Position numbers and translations under genes: made by a program. Shown one piece after another: positions 57,206 through 64,000 of a stretch of 64,000 bases of DNA; the first letter of the stretch is position 1, and every line of letters starts with the position of its first letter. The DNA comes from an uncultured virus (IMG/VR IMGVR_UViG_3300036970_000191) (Duplodnaviria > Heunggongvirae > Uroviricota > Caudoviricetes). The notes beneath the pieces were generated by a model that saw only the letters and a program-made list of their open reading frames with translations, was not told the origin of the DNA and made no database searches. The DNA is taken from IMG/VR virus record IMGVR_UViG_3300036970_000191, one strand, 5' to 3'.

Positions 57206-60139
57206 TCACACTCGGTGAGGAACAAAAACGTAATCGATGTCGTTGATGACACGCAACGATTGGGTGCCTGTCACCACAAGGCGTTTACCCACCACAGGAC
57301 GAACCGATTTGTCAATGACCGTGACCACGTAGTGTTTATCCTCAAACAAACCTGCGATACGGGCACTTAAAATGTCCGTGGAGAAAGCCTCTTTTAAAGC
57401 AATCTCAACATCGGTCTTTGAGATCACGGTCTGCTTTAGCACCGCATCAATAACCCGTCCAGCCCGATCACACAGACTTTGTTTTAGCGAAGGGTTGTCA
57501 TAGACGCTCTGACTGACATCAAAGGTCAGTGTCAGTCTTTGTTCTGATCGAATGGTTTCTGGATCGCCAACACCCGTGATCACTTTCACTTGTCCAAAGT
57601 TCTTCTTTGGGTGAAAGTAAAGTTTGGTTTGATCAATGAGTCGACCAGAAAGATCTTCAAGGTCGTTGTCAATCCATTGGACCACCCTTGTCAAACAATC
57701 TTCGTAGTAAGAAGACGTACCCACGTCATCGGCATACCGGTAACAGGCGTCCAAAAGGAACATGTCGATCTCACGCAACTGACCGATCACGCCACCATCT
57801 GGAATCGGCTGCTGGTTATTGTCAAGAACGAAGTCTCCAGCACGATGTTTGTACACCGGATCACCAGCGCTATCAAAAACCGGATCACCCTGACTGTGCA
57901 GTTTACGCAGGCTCACTGCACCACTGACTTCGTCGTAATCGATGATCGGCAAACCGGTGGCATCCGTTTCATAGACGTCGCTTTCATAAAGCATGGGAAT
58001 GTCCACGGGATAGCGCAGGTATTCTTGAACCCCGCCGATGGTTCTCATTCGGGTCCAAAGCCGACTCAAACGTCGACCAAAACGAACGTATAGCTTTTCA
58101 TGAGACAGGCCGTAGTAAAGAGAACCCTGTTCGTAGTTGCTCAGGCTTGACGTCTCAACCAGTGCGTCAATCGCGCTGTTGATGGTTGTGTTGGGCACAT
58201 AGTCCTTGATGACGTAGATCAGGTCAAACTCTGTGTTTAGTGACAGGCTAGAGCTTTCTGTCCCAAAACTCATGCGATCGTCTTCATCCACATCAAAGCG
58301 GGTTGGAATGTCAAAGACAAACAACCATTGACCATCCAATGGCTTTTGCGTGGAAGGGTCGAATGGTCCTTTTAGTTCCCCTTGAATGTAATGTCTGCCA
58401 TGACTGTCGGTGTAAGACAACTGCGCTGCAACATCGCCTGCTCGAAGTGCTGTAGGCAAACCGTCGGTTGCCATGACCACGCCTACCCGATAACCAGTGC
58501 CATCGGGTTTTACACCAACAATGCTGCCGGTTGTTGACGTGTTGATCCCAAGCGAAAGGTTCTCGTCTACAAAATCAACCCCCTCAACCTCAGGGTGCGT
58601 CATGTCAAATGCGCTTAAACGCATGCGATCATAAGACGTGTCCACCACGTAATGAAACGGCGTGAAGAGGTAGTTTGCCGTGTTGATTCGATTGGCCAGA
58701 TCACTTGGGGTATAGACCGAACGATCGTCAAGCAGGTCCACATCCATCTGATCGATTCGCTTAAGACCGCTGCTGGTTTCTTCAAACAAGACGTTTGGTT
58801 TAATGACCACTCGTTCACCAACGCGAACGATCCCTTTGCCATCGATCTCTTCTTCAAGTCGAGTCAGCCACGGCAATACGGTCATGTCCATACCGTTGAC
58901 CAGATCGCCGTTGGTTGGAGCAGGTTGATCGCGCGTGGCCACAAAGACACGGTTGGTGACGTTGTCAATATACTTCACCACATCAAAGCCCAATACCGCT
59001 GCACTTTCCTTAAGCTGCAATTCGGTGATCGGCATGCCCATGGCATTGCCCGTACGATTAATGACCCGATCACGCATCTGGACAAAGGTCAAGCCCTTGG
59101 TCCCCCCTTGAATCTTGTACGGGGAAACAATCTTGAATGAACGCATGGTCTGTAGGGGTGTGGAGTACAGGTCAAGCGGTTCCACGCTCTCCATCAGTTT
59201 AACCCTAAAGTCCTCTGCCGTCAGGTTGCTGAGGTTAAGGTTAATGGGTCCTTTGGTGCTGTAGATGTCTACCCTGACATCTTCTTTGATCAGTCCATTG
59301 GCAAAGTAAATCTGGGGAATGTTTACCACGAGGATACCGTTTTGTACCCTCAGACATGCCGTGGCATTGTAGGGATCGTAGACATCATCCACGTGGGTGG
59401 TCTTGATCTCTATCCAGTCAATGGCGTCGCTGGCCCGAGTGTAAACACGAGCATAGTAGAAATAATCCGTAAAGGAAAACTCCTTTCGATAACCCGCCAG
59501 ACTGTTTAGGTTGACGTAGTTGGTCGACAGCCGCAATTGTTTCATGTCAATCGTAACGGCCAGTTTCTTTTTGCCAGCAACGTAATGAATGTTCCAGCTT
59601 AGCCGATTGGATTTTAGGACATCAAACGGAGAATCCACGGAAACATCATAAACCACTGAAATGTTGTCCTGGGGCAGCACCCGAATCTCAATGGGATATT
59701 GCGTACAAAACCAGTGGTCTTCCACCACAACTGAGGTGAACCTTGGAATAACCAGCTTTCTTACGCCATTGGCATTGGGCACCAAGACGGCCCTTGAAGT
59801 GACTTCGTCCAAATCCAGCAGCAACACAAAGGTGCCGGTGGCAGGCGAACTAAAGCGATCCAGAAAGTCCTTGTCTGCCATGTGTCGATACAGGTCAACC
59901 ATCTTAAGCGTTGCAGACTTGTACAAAGGGCGAGTGGCGTTTTCAACCGCCAGGATCGTACCTGCGCTGATTGAGCTTGCCATTTCCGTCACCAAGGCAA
60001 CCGGATTTGAAGCTTCAACCAATCCAAGTTCACCACCTGAACGTTCGTTAAGATACTGCAATGCCAGGCGGGTCAGTGCCCGTGGATTTATACGCGACGA
60101 AACAATCCGTTCCGCCAGATCAAATGTGGCCATGTGCAA
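57206..60139 (-). CDS. Baseplate wedge-like structural protein (gp87-like)
   Basis: About 977 aa; SNP....E, LYRHM.D.D and D.Y.TKG motifs; synteny. Confidence 0.7.
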   Translation of the reverse strand: MHMATFDLAERIVSSRINPRALTRLALQYLNERSGGELGLVEASNPVALVTEMASSISAGTILAVENATRPLYKSATLKMVDLYRHMADKDFLDRFSSPATGTFVLLLDLDEVTSRAVLVPNANGVRKLVIPRFTSVVVEDHWFCTQYPIEIRVLPQDNISVVYDVSVDSPFDVLKSNRLSWNIHYVAGKKKLAVTIDMKQLRLSTNYVNLNSLAGYRKEFSFTDYFYYARVYTRASDAIDWIEIKTTHVDDVYDPYNATACLRVQNGILVVNIPQIYFANGLIKEDVRVDIYSTKGPINLNLSNLTAEDFRVKLMESVEPLDLYSTPLQTMRSFKIVSPYKIQGGTKGLTFVQMRDRVINRTGNAMGMPITELQLKESAAVLGFDVVKYIDNVTNRVFVATRDQPAPTNGDLVNGMDMTVLPWLTRLEEEIDGKGIVRVGERVVIKPNVLFEETSSGLKRIDQMDVDLLDDRSVYTPSDLANRINTANYLFTPFHYVVDTSYDRMRLSAFDMTHPEVEGVDFVDENLSLGINTSTTGSIVGVKPDGTGYRVGVVMATDGLPTALRAGDVAAQLSYTDSHGRHYIQGELKGPFDPSTQKPLDGQWLFVFDIPTRFDVDEDDRMSFGTESSSLSLNTEFDLIYVIKDYVPNTTINSAIDALVETSSLSNYEQGSLYYGLSHEKLYVRFGRRLSRLWTRMRTIGGVQEYLRYPVDIPMLYESDVYETDATGLPIIDYDEVSGAVSLRKLHSQGDPVFDSAGDPVYKHRAGDFVLDNNQQPIPDGGVIGQLREIDMFLLDACYRYADDVGTSSYYEDCLTRVVQWIDNDLEDLSGRLIDQTKLYFHPKKNFGQVKVITGVGDPETIRSEQRLTLTFDVSQSVYDNPSLKQSLCDRAGRVIDAVLKQTVISKTDVEIALKEAFSTDILSARIAGLFEDKHYVVTVIDKSVRPVVGKRLVVTGTQSLRVINDIDYVFVPHRV

Positions 60140-61240
60140 TCACACCCCTTTTACCAAAGCGTTGTAGACCGTCTTCTCCACCCACCATTGCATTTCCATG
60201 GTGGAAGGTTCGATCCTTGGATAACAACAGAAATTAAAATGCCGATAATAAGCCATCGGAATCTTTTGCATGCGACTTTCCCGATTTTCATCGGTCATGT
60301 CGGCATTGAACATCTGCACCACGCGATTAAACTCAATCACCGTGATGGGGTCATTGTACTCAGCCCCAATGCACGAGAATTGAACCGACACCTGATCAAC
60401 ATCAGGGTTAACCGGCTTTGTTGAATCGTAATTAAAATGCGCCCCTTCATTGCTAAACACTGGTTGAGCTGCGCCACAGGCAGCAATCTTTTGTACCCGT
60501 GTTTTGGTCGCATCCAGAACAATTCGGTAGATTCGACATTGATAATCGATGTACCGGTAAATCAAAGCCTCAACCCTTGGCATAAACTGCCCCAGGTAAA
60601 CCAAAGAACCATACCTTGTCCAGGTTGAGAACAGGTGGGTGATGGGGTCATTGAGCGCGTTTTGAAAGTTTGCCGTTAAGCTAAACTCCCCATTGATCTT
60701 GTAGGTGCCATCGTACATCATCCATTGCTCGCGCATGTTGCCCTGCTTGGATTTGTACACTTCAACCGAAGAGTCAGGCCAACCAGAACAATTGATGCAC
60801 AGGTTGCTAAGCAAGGTGATAAATGCGTTTTTAGGGTCAACCAATGGACAATCTCCACCCGAAGCATTTTGTCTTTGCCCCACTGGATCAAGATACGCCC
60901 GAATCGCTCTCCACATGCTGGTTCTTTCAGATGTGGTCATTTGTGCAAACCTACGATCAGCCACCAGATTATCGTATGACAGATTAAGGCTTGGTCGCGT
61001 GAAAAAGATTAGGCCATAATGATCCGTGTTGGGATGCACTGGAAATGGCGTGCCTAGGTGGTTAAGGCCCCACATCGATGCGGTGTACCTGGACGCATGA
61101 CTACCGCCCCACCCTGACTCCAGTGCAATCAATGCCAATTCCCGGTCAAGGTCACCGTCTTTTAATTTTGCTTTGTCTGAAGGGGCAGCGCCCGTTTCAA
61201 ATGAGGTTGAATCGAAGATAGGATCGGACTGATCTACCAT
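60140..61240 (-). CDS. Virion structural protein (gp88-like, tail-tube-like fold suspected)
   Basis: G..FFTRP.LNL, LSN.....SGWPD, DY..RIYR..LD and YP.I motifs. Confidence 0.7.
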   Translation of the reverse strand: MVDQSDPIFDSTSFETGAAPSDKAKLKDGDLDRELALIALESGWGGSHASRYTASMWGLNHLGTPFPVHPNTDHYGLIFFTRPSLNLSYDNLVADRRFAQMTTSERTSMWRAIRAYLDPVGQRQNASGGDCPLVDPKNAFITLLSNLCINCSGWPDSSVEVYKSKQGNMREQWMMYDGTYKINGEFSLTANFQNALNDPITHLFSTWTRYGSLVYLGQFMPRVEALIYRYIDYQCRIYRIVLDATKTRVQKIAACGAAQPVFSNEGAHFNYDSTKPVNPDVDQVSVQFSCIGAEYNDPITVIEFNRVVQMFNADMTDENRESRMQKIPMAYYRHFNFCCYPRIEPSTMEMQWWVEKTVYNALVKGV

Positions 61241-61265
61241 TTCATTTACTCCCTGGGAAGTTCAA

Positions 61266-62369
61266 ATGCTTGAAAAAATCATCATGACGCCCCTGATGGC
61301 AGTCGGTCGACTCACTGACCTGCTCCGTTCGGCACGCTCAAGTTCGCTGGTGGACTACACCAAAGCCACCCGGTCTGAACCCATCACACTGATCGATGAC
61401 ACCTTGATTTCACTCGATCAACTCCCCGACATTCTGCAATCGGTTAACTCGATCTACGCTGGTTATTACCTGCAGGCCATTGCCCTGAGCGTGAACGTGG
61501 GTAAAGTTGACGTGGTTCGTTTGCTGGAGAAAGTCAACCCAGCCCGCGATCCGCTGGAAGCTGGTGGTTGGCTGATCGAAGCAGGATTGTCTGCCGAGTC
61601 ATATCATTATCGCCTGCCCGGCAAGGATGCCCGTAAAGGTGCCGTGTCTTTGGAAGGCCATCTGGGCGCTGCTGACGACTGTTTACCAGATACAGCGGCA
61701 ATCAACCAAAAGTCACTGGATGTACTCTCAACCTCAACCAACCTCTCGGTTGGCAAGATGTTCAACGTAGAGATCAACAGTGAAGGCAACAGTGCCAGCA
61801 TCCCCGTCTCGGTTCGACTGATGTCTGTTCCCATTGACCCATCGACCCTCAACAACATTTTGTCCTATGCCCAAAAAGACAATTCCATGAAGGAACGTTT
61901 TTATGGCATGAAGTCAGGTCGCCTAAGCTTCATCAAAGATGGCATTTTGTGTCGTGACCTGATTCGCGAACATCGCAAGACCCTGATCAACGACCGTTCT
62001 GGTGTTTACGCGGAAATCGTTAAACGCGCAAACAAGAACAAGATCAGCGGCATGCTGTCGATGAACCCATCAGTTGCCACGGCAAGCAACATCGTCCTGA
62101 TGTCCTCTGACACCGCAAGACAACTGGAAGTTGAGATCGGTGGTCGTCTAAAAGACGCTTCGCTGCGTCAGCGGATGTTTGACAAAACCTACCTGATGAT
62201 TCTGGTGGTGATCGACCCTGACTACAAAATGGTTCGTTTCTATTACGATGGTATCTCGACCCACACCGAGCTTTCGTTTAACGACGTGAAGAACCTGAAC
62301 AAGAACGGTGCAATGGACGTGGGTGAAGTCCTGCGTACGCTGCAACTGGGTCAATCGCCACGCTTTTAA
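61266..62369 (+). CDS. Head protein (gp89-like)
   Basis: SL..Y....R.EP, YYLQA and NL.VGK motifs; internal SAE/SLE; synteny. Confidence 0.7.
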   Translation: MLEKIIMTPLMAVGRLTDLLRSARSSSLVDYTKATRSEPITLIDDTLISLDQLPDILQSVNSIYAGYYLQAIALSVNVGKVDVVRLLEKVNPARDPLEAGGWLIEAGLSAESYHYRLPGKDARKGAVSLEGHLGAADDCLPDTAAINQKSLDVLSTSTNLSVGKMFNVEINSEGNSASIPVSVRLMSVPIDPSTLNNILSYAQKDNSMKERFYGMKSGRLSFIKDGILCRDLIREHRKTLINDRSGVYAEIVKRANKNKISGMLSMNPSVATASNIVLMSSDTARQLEVEIGGRLKDASLRQRMFDKTYLMILVVIDPDYKMVRFYYDGISTHTELSFNDVKNLNKNGAMDVGEVLRTLQLGQSPRF

Positions 62370-62384
62370 GAGGATTTAAATCAG

Positions 62385-63281
62385 ATGGAAATCGCAAAAT
62401 ACCTGGCAGACCTCATGCCGCAACTGTCTCGTCGTCAAATGGACGAGGACCTGGACCGTGTCATTGGGCAATTCGAAGACGACCTGATCCCAACCATCCA
62501 TTCTGCCGATGAACTCTTTGGCAAGAAACCCTTTAAGCACCCCTGGAACAAACGGTTCGACGATGTCTTCAAACGCGAAGCACCAAAGCACCGTGATGGA
62601 AACTACCTGCACTACATGGAAAAGTCCATCCCAGACATCATGGAGAACCTTTCTTCTTTGGGCCGACTGATTGATCGCTCTGAAGAAAAGATCACCCGTG
62701 AAATGATCACCGTACTCAACATCAACATCCTGCAGTTGATCGAAGCGGCTGACTTCATTGCCCGTTACATGAGTCGTCTGCTCAACGCCACTCTGGCCCG
62801 TGAGATTGCCGCGTACGAAGGGACCACCGAGGACAAGGAAATCAGCAAACCCTTGTTGATCTGGCTGGATAAAAACCGCGACATCTTCATCCGTGCCTTT
62901 CACATCCTTGCAACTGAGCATACGGCATTTAGCAAACGGCTAAAAGAAGTGCCGGATGTTGTGGTCAATGAAAAGACCGTGGATCAGCAGGTGGCAACGC
63001 TTGGCAATGAGCGGGTTGATCCGCTGGCCCTGGGACTGGTTCCCGTGCGGTTTAACCCCTTCTATCGAATCGGTATGGTGATCGGCGAATGGCAAGCCCA
63101 AAGGCTACTGGCCACTCGGGCTGAACGCGATGTGATCAACCTGCGTTTGATTCGACTGCAGCAGCTACAAGACCAGACTTCCAGCAAGGACCCTCAGTAC
63201 AACCGTGACATCGAAACGCTTCAATCCCGATTGGAGAAGCTCGATTATCGGATCAAGGAAATGGAAGAGGACTATGTCTAA
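62385..63281 (+). CDS. Head protein (gp90-like)
   Basis: NPFY.IG....EWQ motif and a C-terminal coiled coil; synteny. Confidence 0.7.
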   Translation: MEIAKYLADLMPQLSRRQMDEDLDRVIGQFEDDLIPTIHSADELFGKKPFKHPWNKRFDDVFKREAPKHRDGNYLHYMEKSIPDIMENLSSLGRLIDRSEEKITREMITVLNINILQLIEAADFIARYMSRLLNATLAREIAAYEGTTEDKEISKPLLIWLDKNRDIFIRAFHILATEHTAFSKRLKEVPDVVVNEKTVDQQVATLGNERVDPLALGLVPVRFNPFYRIGMVIGEWQAQRLLATRAERDVINLRLIRLQQLQDQTSSKDPQYNRDIETLQSRLEKLDYRIKEMEEDYV

Positions 63282-63810
63282 CCAAAGACCCGCTTACATC
63301 GCCATGACGGACGGACCGTTCTTCATGACGCCCACCGTACCACACAGCTTCCCCAAGGTCATCGACGGATACAAAGACCTCAAGAAAGCCTGTGCCAGGT
63401 ATTCCAGCTCCATGTTATGTGATGTCTGGGAAAACGACCTTGAAATCTGCCGACATGCACTGTTTTGTTTCGGCGATTTCAACCGTTGGATAGACTATCA
63501 TTTGAACCAAGTGGCATTATCGGATTGGTGCTTTGCCTTCCTAGAGGACACCATCCGCTTCATCCGCACGGGACAAAGAAGGTATTCGGTCCATTCGCTA
63601 GAATCCTTCATTCGACCAGACACCGACGTACAGGTCTCAAACGAACTCCGGAAAAATCGTTTGAAATCGCTCTCGTGTTTCTGGGAAGCCAAGGACAACC
63701 CATTTCCCGATAATTACATCGGACTTTGGTGTTCTCATGAAAATGGTCTGCGTGACTTGGTCACCACGTTATCCGTCTTGTTTACGGGTCGACGTGTCCA
63801 AGCCGTTTAG
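63274..63810 (+). CDS. Conserved virion-region protein (gp91-like)
   Basis: F.EDT..FI.TG.R and W.....G..DL..TL..LF motifs; GAGG RBS. Confidence 0.65.
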   Translation: MSNQRPAYIAMTDGPFFMTPTVPHSFPKVIDGYKDLKKACARYSSSMLCDVWENDLEICRHALFCFGDFNRWIDYHLNQVALSDWCFAFLEDTIRFIRTGQRRYSVHSLESFIRPDTDVQVSNELRKNRLKSLSCFWEAKDNPFPDNYIGLWCSHENGLRDLVTTLSVLFTGRRVQAV

Positions 63811-63866
63811 GTCTAGCGACCAAGCAAAGAAAAAAGCTTTTTTCAACCCTCTCCATGGAGACAGAC

Positions 63867-64000
63867 ATGTCTAAATTCAATCTGCTGGGACGTTTTTCCG
63901 CTCTGGAAAGTGATGTTCCCGAATCCTCTGTTAGCGCAGCCGAAGACATTCCTCAGGACGTGCTGGAAACCGCCGTTGACACCGAAGTTGATGGTACCGA
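63867..64000 (+). CDS. 3'-partial head/inner-body protein with an acidic propeptide
   Basis: GGAG RBS; MSKFNLLGRFSALESDVPE..., with an ALE motif. Confidence 0.6.
   Translation, partial: MSKFNLLGRFSALESDVPESSVSAAEDIPQDVLETAVDTEVDGT

Overview
This window is the conserved core of a phiKZ-like, nucleus-forming jumbo phage (Chimalliviridae). The gene order follows phiKZ gp49-gp91 as I recall it; no database search was run. It encodes chimallin, four non-virion RNA polymerase subunits, one virion RNAP subunit, PicA/Imp1- and ChmC-position genes, a split family-B DNA polymerase, an SbcD-like nuclease, an SF2 helicase, ThyA, and baseplate and head proteins, with tail-fibre and membrane genes at the left end. 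Several features are not explained by the ORF track. (1) A 370-nt ORF-less group I intron splits the RNAP catalytic NADFDGD motif. (2) A likely programmed -1 frameshift (T TTT TTT) fuses the gp77-like gene to a frame lacking a start codon for its first ~94 codons, in the manner of tail-assembly chaperones. (3) A ~1.07-kb non-coding locus (9740-10818) holds a ~630-nt heavily base-paired, pseudoknotted RNA candidate. Next to it is a ~91% AT core with three phased C-GAA-G hairpins, bracketed by Z-DNA-type purine/pyrimidine tracts and a pair of inverted dyad sites; this is a candidate origin or RNA-primer module. (4) A promoter- and terminator-bounded ~180-nt sRNA candidate. (5) A 1382-aa head protein that looks like a three-unit polyprotein. 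(6) An RFGG-repeat tail on the protein next to the nuclear import factor. (7) An early Cys-rich cassette that includes a 28-aa microprotein.
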